Source: an uncultured Muribaculaceae bacterium
GTDB taxonomy: Bacteria > Pseudomonadota > Alphaproteobacteria > Rs-D84
Direction of reading: 5' to 3'
Assembly (NCBI GenBank): GCA_964576135.1
Contig: CAZNTZ010000003.1
Span: forward strand, 1 to 52,111
DNA: 52,111 nt
Positions 18,433-28,020 of the stretch are shown here, piece after piece (the stretch's first letter is position 1; every line of letters starts with the position of its first letter). The position numbers were made by a program, and so were the translations under genes. Below the pieces are notes generated by a model, which was given only the letters and a program-made list of their open reading frames with translations, was not told where the DNA came from and searched no databases.

Positions 18433-19389
18433 GTGTTAAATAAAATAAAAGAAATAAATAAATTGCCAGAGTTAAACGAGCTCTATTCGTCAGTGTTCGG
18501 TAAAAATGGCATATTAACAACCCGTTTAAAACAGATGGGGACTATGTCAAATGATGAACGAGCAACGTTAAATCGTGAAAAAGACGAACTTGCTGCCGCT
18601 TTTAAATCACGTCAGGCAGAGATTGAATATGAAACAATGATGACTGCATTGTCTGGGCAAAAAATGGATCCGAATGCAGATGTTGAAAGGTTTGATTCAA
18701 TTGGCATTGGCGGGGTTCATCCACTTACAAAATCCCTGGAAGAAATTTCAAAAATACTGAGCGATATGGGTTATGGATTACGCACAGGGCCAGAAATAGA
18801 AGATGATTGGCATAATTTTACAGCGCTTAATACTCCGCCACATCACCCTGCACGTGACATGCAAGATACCTTCTTTTTGCCAAATGGAAATGTTATGCGA
18901 ACGCAGACTTCTGCAATTCAAATTCGCAGTATGGAATCAGAGGGTGTTCCAATTTCAATTTTTGGCATCGGTGCGACATATCGTCGTGAAATGGATGCCA
19001 CACACAGTCCAATGTTTCATCAAATAGAAGGACTGCGTGTGGATAAAAATATAACATTGTCAGATCTTGTTTCCGATGTGAAAGTATTTTTAGGTCGCTT
19101 TTTTGAAATGGAAAATGTCGAATTGCGTATTCGCCCTTCGTACTTTCCATTTACAGAACCGTCTATTGAAATAGATATGAAATGGAAAAATGATAAATGG
19201 TTGGAAATTATGGGCGCCGGTATGGTTCACCCAAATGTTTTGAAAAATGTTGGTGTTGATCCAGAAATATTCCAAGGTTTTGCATTTGGTTTTGGTTGGG
19301 ACAGACTTGCCATGCTGAAATATGGTTTACCAGATTTGCGAAAATTCTTTGATATAGATATTCGTTGGTTACAAAAAAATGATTTTTAA
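18433..19389 (+). CDS. pheS: Phenylalanine--tRNA ligase alpha subunit
   Basis: HPLTK..., HPARDMQDTFF, RTQTSAIQIR and FGFGWDRLAML class II motifs. GTG start with an AAGGGA Shine-Dalgarno. Confidence 0.92.
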   Translation: MLNKIKEINKLPELNELYSSVFGKNGILTTRLKQMGTMSNDERATLNREKDELAAAFKSRQAEIEYETMMTALSGQKMDPNADVERFDSIGIGGVHPLTKSLEEISKILSDMGYGLRTGPEIEDDWHNFTALNTPPHHPARDMQDTFFLPNGNVMRTQTSAIQIRSMESEGVPISIFGIGATYRREMDATHSPMFHQIEGLRVDKNITLSDLVSDVKVFLGRFFEMENVELRIRPSYFPFTEPSIEIDMKWKNDKWLEIMGAGMVHPNVLKNVGVDPEIFQGFAFGFGWDRLAMLKYGLPDLRKFFDIDIRWLQKNDF

Positions 19390-19407
19390 TAAACAAAGGC
19401 TTTGATT

Positions 19408-21735
19408 ATGAAATTCACTCTGAATTGGTTGAAAGATTACCTGGATACAGATAAATCAGCAAACGAAATTGCTGATGTTCTTACGCGTATTGGTCTTGAA
19501 GTTGACGATGTCACAGAAACAATAGTTCCAGTTGCGGCAAAAATTGTAAGTTCCGAAGATATACCAGGAACACATTTACATAAACTGATGGTTGACGACG
19601 GATCTGGTAAATTACGCGATGTTGTTTGTGGTGCGCCAAATGCACTTGCTGGGCTAGTATCTGCGCTGGCAAAGCCGGGCTGCAAAGTTGGTGATATCGA
19701 AATCAAAGCTGGAAAGATTCGTGGTTGTTTATCAGATGGTATGATGTGCAGCGAAAAAGAACTCGGTCTTGGCGAAGATCACAGTGGAATTATAGAATTG
19801 GATGAAAAAATTGAAGAAATTGGTAAGCCAATTTCAAAGTTGGCAAATAAAATAAATACTGTATTCGAAGCAGGTATTACACCAAACCGTCCAGATTATT
19901 TAGCTGTTATCGGCATAGCCCGAGATTTATCTGCGGCTGGTATCGGTAAATTCAAGGGTTTACACGTAAAAAATCCGGCCGAATCGCAAAAAGATACAAA
20001 TGGACGCGGTGTAATTATTAAAAATGAATCTGCGTGCCCTGTTTACAGATTTTGTGAAATTCACGGTATTAAAATTGCATCATCAAATGATGTTATTGCC
20101 AACAGGTTGCTCGCAATAGGTATAAATCCTAAAAATGCACCGATAGATGTAACTAATTATTTATGTTACGATTTAGGTCAGCCAATGCATTGTTTTGATG
20201 CTGATGAAATCAAAGGCGATATTATTGTTAGAAACGCAAATCATGGTGAAAAATTCACAGATTTATTTGGCGAGACACATGAATTGTTAGAATCTGATTT
20301 GGTAATCGCGGATTCAGAAGGGATCTTAGCGCTTGCTGGAATTGTTGGTGGTGCGCGTGGTATGACCACAGAAAATACAAAAAATATAATTTTAGAAGCA
20401 GCGTATTTTGAACCAGTTGGTATTCGCAAAACTCGGACACGTTTGGGTTTAAATACTGATTCTTCGTATCGTTTTGAACGCGGAATTGATCCTGTTGTTT
20501 CAGATATGGCAATGGATTTTGCAGTAAATATGATAACAGAGCAATGCGGAGGAACAATTGTTTCGCATGGTAATAGTGCAATTGAATTAAAACCAGTTGT
20601 AATAAATTATGATTCAAATTTATTCAAAAATAAAACAGGAATAGATTTGGATTCAAAAATTCAATTAGAGATTTTGGAAAAGTTAGGTTTTTCTGTTAAA
20701 GAAACGTCTTTGATTATTGCACCATCTTGGAGACCAGATATTCAAATTCCTGAAAATTTAGTGTCAGAAGTAATCAGAATATATGGTTATGACAAAATAA
20801 AAATAATCAAAAGAGTTTATGAAACTGTAAAACTTTCTGACGAAGTTTTACCTGTTAAACATCTTTTGGCTATGCGTGGTTTCAGCGAAGGTGCTTCGTA
20901 TGGTTTTGCAGATTCGGCTGTAGAGCAAATGATTGGTTCAAAACCAAATGTTTTGATTTCAAATCCAATTGTTGAAAATATGAACACAGCCAGAAATTCT
21001 TTGATTCCAAATTTATTGATTGCAGTCGAAGAAAATTGTCGCCGTGGATTATCAAATCTTAGTTTGTTTGAACTTGGAACAGTTTTTGATGGTGATAAAC
21101 CGGGCGAACAACATGAACAACTGGCAATTGTTCGCAGCGGTCTCGCAATTGATAAAACATGGGCAAAACATGGCCGCGAAGTTGATATTTATGATATTCG
21201 GGCTGATTTGTTGGCGTTGTTTCCAGGTGCGTCCGTTCAATCTGGTGATGCACCAAAATGGGCACATCCATATCGTTACGGAAAAATTGTTTCCGGTGGA
21301 CAAGTTGTTGCTGAATTTGGCGAATTACACCCTATGGTTGCAAAAAAACTGAAAATCAAAACAACAGTAGTTATCGGGTTAATTGAAAGTGTCGAGAAAA
21401 TCAAAATTTCAGGCGGTGATTACATAAAAAGCAAACGTGGTGTGTTAATGACATCTGAATCCGATTTGTTGCCTATTACACGGGATTTTGCATTTATTGC
21501 AAATAAATCTGTCAAATCAGATGATATTGCATCAATTGCTTTGACTGCGGACCCACAAATCATAGATACAAACATATTTGACGTGTTTGATATGGGTGGT
21601 GATTCGCATTCAATTGCATTCGAAGTTTTGATACAACCAAATAAAAATTTGAATTCCGAAGAACTTATGGAAATTCAAACCAAAATTATCAATTCGGTCG
21701 AATCGAAATTTGATGCAAAAATAAGGGATAAGTAA
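19408..21735 (+). CDS. pheT: Phenylalanine--tRNA ligase beta subunit
   Basis: MKFTLNWLKDYL N-terminus, then tRNA-binding, B3/4, B5 and FDX-ACB-like regions. The ORF track starts it at TTG 19402; I prefer the ATG at 19408. Confidence 0.92.
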   Translation: MKFTLNWLKDYLDTDKSANEIADVLTRIGLEVDDVTETIVPVAAKIVSSEDIPGTHLHKLMVDDGSGKLRDVVCGAPNALAGLVSALAKPGCKVGDIEIKAGKIRGCLSDGMMCSEKELGLGEDHSGIIELDEKIEEIGKPISKLANKINTVFEAGITPNRPDYLAVIGIARDLSAAGIGKFKGLHVKNPAESQKDTNGRGVIIKNESACPVYRFCEIHGIKIASSNDVIANRLLAIGINPKNAPIDVTNYLCYDLGQPMHCFDADEIKGDIIVRNANHGEKFTDLFGETHELLESDLVIADSEGILALAGIVGGARGMTTENTKNIILEAAYFEPVGIRKTRTRLGLNTDSSYRFERGIDPVVSDMAMDFAVNMITEQCGGTIVSHGNSAIELKPVVINYDSNLFKNKTGIDLDSKIQLEILEKLGFSVKETSLIIAPSWRPDIQIPENLVSEVIRIYGYDKIKIIKRVYETVKLSDEVLPVKHLLAMRGFSEGASYGFADSAVEQMIGSKPNVLISNPIVENMNTARNSLIPNLLIAVEENCRRGLSNLSLFELGTVFDGDKPGEQHEQLAIVRSGLAIDKTWAKHGREVDIYDIRADLLALFPGASVQSGDAPKWAHPYRYGKIVSGGQVVAEFGELHPMVAKKLKIKTTVVIGLIESVEKIKISGGDYIKSKRGVLMTSESDLLPITRDFAFIANKSVKSDDIASIALTADPQIIDTNIFDVFDMGGDSHSIAFEVLIQPNKNLNSEELMEIQTKIINSVESKFDAKIRDK

Positions 21736-21742
21736 AAAACAT

Positions 21743-21769
21743 AAAACCGGTCGAAAAGACCGGTTTTTT
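21743..21769. terminator. Bidirectional hairpin terminator between the convergent genes pheT and nth
   Basis: AAAACCGGTC-GAAAA-GACCGGTTTTTT. A/T runs flank both sides. It overlaps the nth stop codon. Confidence 0.8.
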
Positions 21770-22397
21770 ATATAGTTTTATCTTTGGCGGTGCACCATTT
21801 TGCAACCGGGCATTGGTCACATTTGGGCTTTAACGCCTTGCAAATATATCGGCCATGCATGACCATTGTATGATTTGCGATTGGATAATATTTTTGCGGA
21901 ATAATTTTCATTAAAATCGCTTCGACTTTTTCGGGTGTGTTTGCAGATTCTGGAACCCAATCAAGTCGATGTGAAATTCTAAATACGTGTGTATCAACAC
22001 CAATATTTGGCGCACCCCATAAAACATTTGAAATAACATTTGCAGTCTTTTGACCGATGCCAGGTAATTTCATCAATTCATTACGATCATGTGGCAAAGA
22101 TTTTCCAACCAGCGCATTCGCCAGGCCAATAATATTTTTTGCCTTGTTATTAAAAAACGATATTACCTTGATATGTTGTTTTAATCCATCAATACCCAGG
22201 GTAATCATTTTTTCCGGTGTTCCAGCAATTTTGAATAATTCTGGGGTGACTTCGTTTACTTTTTTATCAGTTGCCTGGGCTGATAAAATAACTGCGACCG
22301 CGAAATTAAATTCGTTTGTGTAGTAAAGCTCGGATAACTTTGTCATATCCAAAGTTTTTGGAACTTCGCGAAAATAAATTTCAGGTGTCAGTGTCAT
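21768..22397 (-). CDS. nth: Endonuclease III
   Basis: HhH-GPD motif LPGIGQKTANV and a C-terminal 4Fe-4S cluster C..ALKPKCDQCPVAKWC. 209 aa. Confidence 0.92.
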   Translation of the reverse strand: MTLTPEIYFREVPKTLDMTKLSELYYTNEFNFAVAVILSAQATDKKVNEVTPELFKIAGTPEKMITLGIDGLKQHIKVISFFNNKAKNIIGLANALVGKSLPHDRNELMKLPGIGQKTANVISNVLWGAPNIGVDTHVFRISHRLDWVPESANTPEKVEAILMKIIPQKYYPIANHTMVMHGRYICKALKPKCDQCPVAKWCTAKDKTI

Positions 22398-22398
22398 T

Positions 22399-25300
22399 TT
22401 AAGCCTTGGTCATTTTAATACTGAATTTGTGCCCTTCGATTTCTGTTTGATGTTCTCCAGTACCAGGATTCATTTCAGTAATCAGCGCGTCAGATTGTAT
22501 ACGTTCAATATGATCTCTAAGCGCCTTGGCCAGTTCATCATCCGCAGCATATTCCAAAATAATACGGTCAGAAACATCCAATCCGACAGTTTTGCGGGTA
22601 TCTTGGATAAAACGCAATGCGTCATTGGCCAAACCTTCGGCAATCAATTCTGGCGTTAATTCTGTATCCAAAACAACAACCGCTGTATTATCAGTCAAAG
22701 CCGCCCCAGTAACACCCGGTTTCACGGTCAGACGGGTTTCGTATTCATCTGGCAACAACCCATATTTTTCAACAGCCGCCATTCCGTCTTTCTTGACCGC
22801 CGGGATTATTTCTTTTAACTGTCCACCCAAACGTGCCCCAATTTTCGGAGTAATTAAATAAACAAATGAATCCGCAACAGAGTTTATATCGTTAATAAAT
22901 TCAACAGACCTTACATTTAATTCGCTTTTTATAATATATGAATAATCTGTATTAAACCAACCTGCAATCTTAATTGATTGTAATGGTAATCTATTGCGTA
23001 ATTTTGATGTTTCTCTTAACTGTTTTCCGACAGACACTATGGATTGAACTTTACGCATGTCTGTGACCATATCCATTACAGATTCTGCATTAAGACCTTT
23101 AGTGTTTCTTACAAAAACTCTTTCTGGGAATTTTTCCAAGTGAACAGAATTTTTGTTGCCAGTTAAATTCATATAAATATAATCGCTTATGAATGGAGCA
23201 AAAGGTGCCAATAATTTACAAAATTCGGTCAGAACAAAATGCAATGTGTTAAAAGCATCTTGATCTTCGTTCCAGAATCTTTCGCGATTTAATCTGATGT
23301 ACCAGTTATTCAATATATCCAAAAATTGAATAAATGCAGAAACAGCGACGTCTGGTTTATAAGCATTTAAAGATTCTTCAACTCTACCTGTAAGAAAGGT
23401 AATTTCTTCCTGAATATATAAATCCAATAAATTATTGGTTTCTTTTGGATGTGTTTCAATTTTTTGTTCTTTTCTGGCGTTCGCATACAGTGTGAAAAAG
23501 TGATATGCGTTCCAAAGTGGGGTCAAGATTGTTTTAATTACTTCACCAAAAACTTTGCCTTCCTTGTCAACTGGGACTGGTTCGGCCTTCATAAAATTAG
23601 AGCCCAGGATAAACAAGCGAAATGCGTCCGCGCCGTATTTATCAAACATATCCATTGGGTCGAAATAATTTCCCAATGACTTGGACATTTTTTTCTTATG
23701 CTCGTCGACTGTCATTCCATTTGCAGATATATCTTTGAACGCTGCTTGGTCAAACAAAGCGGTTGATAAAACCATAAGTGTATAAAACCATCCACGGGTT
23801 TGATCTTGGCCTTCGATAATATAATGAGATACATAATTTGGATTTTTTTCGACAGGTTTATTATCAAATAAATGGTGATTGGTTGCATACGGCATTGATC
23901 CAGATTCGAACCATGCGTCCAATACATCAGGAATTCTTTTGTATCCATCGAATTCAATTTTATCAAGTGTTGGACGGTGCCAGTCGGTTAATTCCGCACC
24001 AAATTGCATCCGATATTTTTCACGGATTTCATCTGGGCCCAATACCATAAAATCACCGTCTTTTTCCCAAATTGGTAATGGCACACCCCAGAATCGATTA
24101 CGTGAAATTCCCCATGCGCGTGCATTTTCAATCCATTTGGCGAATCGTTCGCCGGCAGATTTCCAACTGACAGTGTTATTATTAGCAATCAGTTTTTCAC
24201 GAATCGCTGGAACATTTATGTACCAAGAATCTGTTGCACGATAAATCAGTTTTTCTTTGCTGCGCGGGCTGAATGGATAAGAGTGTTTATATTGCTCTTT
24301 TTTAACTAAAAAGCCGGCCTTTTTGATATGTTCTATGATTTTTGGATTTGCTTCGAAAATGTTTTGTCCGGCAAAGTCTGTAACCTCTGCCGTAAAGTTT
24401 CCATAATCATCAACATTTAAAATAACTGGGAATTTTGGATCCAATGCTTTGGCGGTTAAATAATCGTCTTCACCAAATGCCGGTGCGATATGAACAATTC
24501 CAGTTCCATCAGAATCTGAAACATAGTCTGCTGGGATTACGGAATACAGTTCTGGTAATTTGTAATAATCAAACAATGGTTTGTATTTTAAGCCAACCAG
24601 TTCTTTGCCAAGAATCGTTCCGATTTGTTCCGCATTTTCAAATTGTTTTGTATATGCCGACATACGGGATTCCGCAATAATATAAACATGACCGTCTGAA
24701 TCTTTCATTTCAGCGTATTTCATATCTGGATTAACAGCTAACGCGGAATTCGCCGGCAAAGTCCAAGGTGTTGTTGTCCATGCCAAAATGCGTCGACCAT
24801 CTGACAATTCAAACCAAACAGTCACGGCATCGTCTATGGCGTCTTGGTATTCGCTTGATGCTTCGGAATTAGACATGACTGTGCCTAATTTCCAATCGTA
24901 TGGATTTACTTTGAAATCTTTGTAAAGTAATCCGTCATTGTGTAGTTTTTTTAGCGCGGATATTACAGATTCCATATATTCTGGGTACATTGTGTTGTAA
25001 ACAATGTCGCCTTCGCCAATATCAACCCAACGTCCGACACGTGTTAAATAGCGATTCCATTCACCGACATATTTCATAACACCGGTTTTGCACATATCAC
25101 AGAATTTTTCCAAACCCAGTTCTGCAACCAAATCTTTGGCTTGTTTTCCAGTTGCTTTTTCAACCATGACTTCGGTTGGCAATCCATGAACATCCCAGCC
25201 CAGTTTTTGCTGAACATTTTCACCCTTCATCCAATGGTATCTGCAAACCATATCTTTGACAGCGGATACACCCATGTGACCGGCATGTGGAATTGACGAA

Positions 25301-25452
25301 GGTGTCGCTGGGCCATCAAAAAATCTGAAAACTTTGCCGTCAATGCGTGAATTACGCAAAGTATTAAAAGTTTTATTATCTTGCCATGATTTGGCAATTT
25401 GTTTTTCGATATCTAAAAAGTTCGCTTTCGGTTCGGTTTTTGGGTATGACAT
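22399..25452 (-). CDS. ileS: Isoleucine--tRNA ligase (looks like the long, eukaryote-like type 2 form)
   Basis: 1017 aa with GWDVHGLPTE, KKMSKSLGN (KMSKS), and a divergent HIGH region PHAGHMG. There is no Cys-rich zinc motif at the C-terminus. Confidence 0.9.
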   Translation of the reverse strand: MSYPKTEPKANFLDIEKQIAKSWQDNKTFNTLRNSRIDGKVFRFFDGPATPSSIPHAGHMGVSAVKDMVCRYHWMKGENVQQKLGWDVHGLPTEVMVEKATGKQAKDLVAELGLEKFCDMCKTGVMKYVGEWNRYLTRVGRWVDIGEGDIVYNTMYPEYMESVISALKKLHNDGLLYKDFKVNPYDWKLGTVMSNSEASSEYQDAIDDAVTVWFELSDGRRILAWTTTPWTLPANSALAVNPDMKYAEMKDSDGHVYIIAESRMSAYTKQFENAEQIGTILGKELVGLKYKPLFDYYKLPELYSVIPADYVSDSDGTGIVHIAPAFGEDDYLTAKALDPKFPVILNVDDYGNFTAEVTDFAGQNIFEANPKIIEHIKKAGFLVKKEQYKHSYPFSPRSKEKLIYRATDSWYINVPAIREKLIANNNTVSWKSAGERFAKWIENARAWGISRNRFWGVPLPIWEKDGDFMVLGPDEIREKYRMQFGAELTDWHRPTLDKIEFDGYKRIPDVLDAWFESGSMPYATNHHLFDNKPVEKNPNYVSHYIIEGQDQTRGWFYTLMVLSTALFDQAAFKDISANGMTVDEHKKKMSKSLGNYFDPMDMFDKYGADAFRLFILGSNFMKAEPVPVDKEGKVFGEVIKTILTPLWNAYHFFTLYANARKEQKIETHPKETNNLLDLYIQEEITFLTGRVEESLNAYKPDVAVSAFIQFLDILNNWYIRLNRERFWNEDQDAFNTLHFVLTEFCKLLAPFAPFISDYIYMNLTGNKNSVHLEKFPERVFVRNTKGLNAESVMDMVTDMRKVQSIVSVGKQLRETSKLRNRLPLQSIKIAGWFNTDYSYIIKSELNVRSVEFINDINSVADSFVYLITPKIGARLGGQLKEIIPAVKKDGMAAVEKYGLLPDEYETRLTVKPGVTGAALTDNTAVVVLDTELTPELIAEGLANDALRFIQDTRKTVGLDVSDRIILEYAADDELAKALRDHIERIQSDALITEMNPGTGEHQTEIEGHKFSIKMTKA

Positions 25453-25469
25453 TTTTTGCCTTTAATCAT

Positions 25470-25493
25470 AAAAAAACGGGCGCCTTGCGCCCG
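25470..25493 (-). terminator. Intrinsic-terminator-like hairpin plus U7 in the ileS 5' leader (candidate attenuator)
   Basis: The minus-strand RNA reads CGGGCGC-AAG-GCGCCCG followed by UUUUUUU, ending 17 nt before the ileS ATG (25452). No upstream minus-strand gene exists that it could terminate. Confidence 0.7.
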
Positions 25494-25521
25494 GCAATGT
25501 GCGTCTGGGCGTATTTGCCAA

Positions 25522-25551
25522 TTATCTTATAATAATTATTGTTTTGTTCAT
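25522..25551 (-). CDS. Candidate ileS leader peptide MNKTIIIIR
   Basis: The minus strand reads ATG AAC AAA ACA ATA ATT ATT ATA AGA TAA. Four consecutive Ile codons lie 28 nt upstream of the terminator hairpin. Confidence 0.55.
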   Translation of the reverse strand: MNKTIIIIR

Positions 25552-25595
25552 AGCACCAATTTTAATATAACTTTTTATGGAATTCCAGTTTTTTT

Positions 25596-25604
25596 ATTAT
25601 ACCA
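25596..25604 (-). promoter_or_regulatory. Extended -10 promoter element (TGGTATAAT) for the ileS leader transcript
   Basis: The minus strand reads TGgTATAAT about 45 nt upstream of the leader ATG. Confidence 0.35.
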
Positions 25605-25614
25605 TTGAAAAACT

Positions 25615-27255
25615 ATGCGAAAATTTGATGTAATCATTATTGGTGGCGGACACGCCGGGGTAGAAGCGGCAGCAGCAGCATCGCGCCGTGGCGCCCATGT
25701 GTTATTGATGACTAAATCCCAAAACGATTTAGGCGCTATGTCATGTAATCCGTCAATTGGTGGACCTGGTAAATCGCAAATGGTTGCAGAAATGGCGGCG
25801 CTGGGTGGTGTTATGCCGCGCGCAGCTGATATGGCGGGGATACAATTTAGAACACTTAATGCTGGTCATGGGCCGGCGACACGGGCCCTGCGTGCGCAGA
25901 TTGATAGAAATCTTTATCGCACCGCGATTCAAAAATTGCTGAGAAATGTTGAAATAGTTTTCGAATCCGTTGACGATTTAGATTTGGAAAATAAAATTGT
26001 AAATTCTAAATACCAAGCAGGGGCGATTGTTTTAACGACAGGAACTTTTTTACAAGGCTTGGTTACCCGTGGGGCCGAGCGAATCGAATCAGGTCGTTTG
26101 ATGGATGACGGTAAATATCAGGAAAATGATAAAAGTTTATCAAAAATACTCAAAAAAGCCGGTTTTTCACTTATGCGTTTGAAAACTGGGACACCTGCCA
26201 GACTTTATGCTGACAGTATCGACTGGTCTATTTGCGAAGAACAACAAGGTGATGATCCACATCCTTGGTTTTCATTAAATTCACAAGACGAAAAATGCAC
26301 ACAAAGGCGCAGTTGTTTTATCACACACACAACAGAAAAAACGCATCAAATAATTCGTGACAATATATCGGACGCACCAATGTATAACGGAACAATCGAA
26401 GGAATTGGTCCGCGTTATTGCCCAAGTCTCGAAGACAAAGTTATGCGTTTTCCAGAACATAAAACACACCATGTTTTTCTGGAACCAGAAACATTGGATG
26501 GCGATATAATTTATCCAAATGGTTTATCGACTTCTTTTGGCGCTGATGTTCAAGATAAATGGCTGCGCAGTGTTCCAGGACTTGAAAATGTGCGTATTGC
26601 GCGGTATGGGTATGCAATTGAATATGACGCAATTGATGCACGCGCGCTGAAAACAACATTAGAATCCAAAGATATTTCAGGAATATTTTTCGCAGGTCAA
26701 ATAAATGGAACCAGTGGTTATGAAGAAGCGGCCGCCCAGGGTTTGGTTGCAGGCGCAAATGCTGCTGCTTTTGCAATGGGAACCCAGCCAATGATATTGG
26801 ATAGAACGAATTCAATAATTGGTGTTTTGATTGACGATATAACAACAATGGGTATTGATGAACCATATCGTATGTTTATGTCGCGTGCAGAATACAGATT
26901 ACAATTGCGCAGTGATAATGCTGTATTTCGTTTGGGTAAAATCGGTGTCGAAATTGGATTGGTTTCAGTTTCTGATAATGAAAAATTAGAAAAAGAAAAT
27001 CAAAAAACATCAGCAGAAATTGATAAAATTTATGCCGGATATATTGCGCGTCAGAACCGCGAAATCGAACGATATAACGCTGATAAACATATTAAAATAC
27101 CGGCTGAATTAAACTTTTTTGAATTGTCCGGATTGACGAATGAATTAAAAGAAAAGCTTTCAAAAACGAGGCCAGAAAATATTGCAGCACTTTCCAGAAT
27201 ACCTGGAATTACCCCAGCAGGCGTTTTGGTTTTATTGCGCGCAGTTAAAAAATAA
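25615..27255 (+). CDS. mnmG: tRNA uridine 5-carboxymethylaminomethyl modification enzyme MnmG (GidA), short form
   Basis: [19 protein letters not shown] fold, [20 protein letters not shown], and a C-terminal [15 protein letters not shown]. At 546 aa it is shorter than the ~620 aa typical of MnmG. Confidence 0.9.
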   Translation: MRKFDVIIIGGGHAGVEAAAAASRRGAHVLLMTKSQNDLGAMSCNPSIGGPGKSQMVAEMAALGGVMPRAADMAGIQFRTLNAGHGPATRALRAQIDRNLYRTAIQKLLRNVEIVFESVDDLDLENKIVNSKYQAGAIVLTTGTFLQGLVTRGAERIESGRLMDDGKYQENDKSLSKILKKAGFSLMRLKTGTPARLYADSIDWSICEEQQGDDPHPWFSLNSQDEKCTQRRSCFITHTTEKTHQIIRDNISDAPMYNGTIEGIGPRYCPSLEDKVMRFPEHKTHHVFLEPETLDGDIIYPNGLSTSFGADVQDKWLRSVPGLENVRIARYGYAIEYDAIDARALKTTLESKDISGIFFAGQINGTSGYEEAAAQGLVAGANAAAFAMGTQPMILDRTNSIIGVLIDDITTMGIDEPYRMFMSRAEYRLQLRSDNAVFRLGKIGVEIGLVSVSDNEKLEKENQKTSAEIDKIYAGYIARQNREIERYNADKHIKIPAELNFFELSGLTNELKEKLSKTRPENIAALSRIPGITPAGVLVLLRAVKK

Positions 27256-27276
27256 AAAAAGCCGCGTTTGCGGCTT
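27254..27276. terminator. Hairpin terminator between the convergent genes mnmG and fabG
   Basis: AAGCCGC-GTTT-GCGGCTT. The strong U-run is on the minus-strand (fabG) side. Confidence 0.7.
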
Positions 27277-27278
27277 GG

Positions 27279-28004
27279 TTAAAATCTTCCCATTCCACCG
27301 TTTACATGTATTGTTTGACCGGTTATGTATGATGCTTCGTTTGATGCTAAGAATACGCATGCGTTTGCGATATCATCTGGTTCACCGAATCGTCCGGCTG
27401 GGATTTGAGCCATATAAGCTTTTTTCAAATCTTCGGATAAAACGTCAGTCATTGGGGTTTTGATAAAGCCCGGTGCAACCGCGTTTGCTGTGATTCCGCG
27501 TGATGCAACTTCTGCTGCGATTGATTTTGTCATTGCGACCAATCCGCCTTTACTTGCGGCATAGTTTACCTGACCTGCACTGCCGATTGCGCCAACAATC
27601 GAAGACATATTTATAATTCTGCCAAATCGATTTTTCATCATTGGTGTTATAACTGCGCGGCAAAGTTGGAAATTCGCACGCAAATTTGTATTTATAACGT
27701 CATCAAATTGTTCGTCTGTCATACGCATCATTAATGTATCTTTGGTAATACCAGCATTATTTACCAAAATATCGATTTTACCGGCCAAATCGATTGTTTT
27801 TTGAATAAGCACGGCTGCTTCACCGTCTTTGGATAAATCTGATACAATTTTAATAAAACCTTCGCCGAATTCGTTTAATTTCGATTCGTTACGACCAGTT
27901 ATAACAACTGTCGCACCAGCTTCTTTCATTTTTTTTGCGATTGCTTCGCCGATTCCACCGGTTGCACCTGTGATTAATGCTACTTTGTCTTTTAATGAAA
28001 ACAT
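27279..28004 (-). CDS. fabG: 3-oxoacyl-ACP reductase FabG
   Basis: SDR motifs: TGATGGIG, NNAG, and the YAASKGG catalytic motif. 241 aa, downstream of fabD. Confidence 0.9.
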   Translation of the reverse strand: MFSLKDKVALITGATGGIGEAIAKKMKEAGATVVITGRNESKLNEFGEGFIKIVSDLSKDGEAAVLIQKTIDLAGKIDILVNNAGITKDTLMMRMTDEQFDDVINTNLRANFQLCRAVITPMMKNRFGRIINMSSIVGAIGSAGQVNYAASKGGLVAMTKSIAAEVASRGITANAVAPGFIKTPMTDVLSEDLKKAYMAQIPAGRFGEPDDIANACVFLASNEASYITGQTIHVNGGMGRF

Positions 28005-28020
28005 TTTTTCTTCCTTTTAT

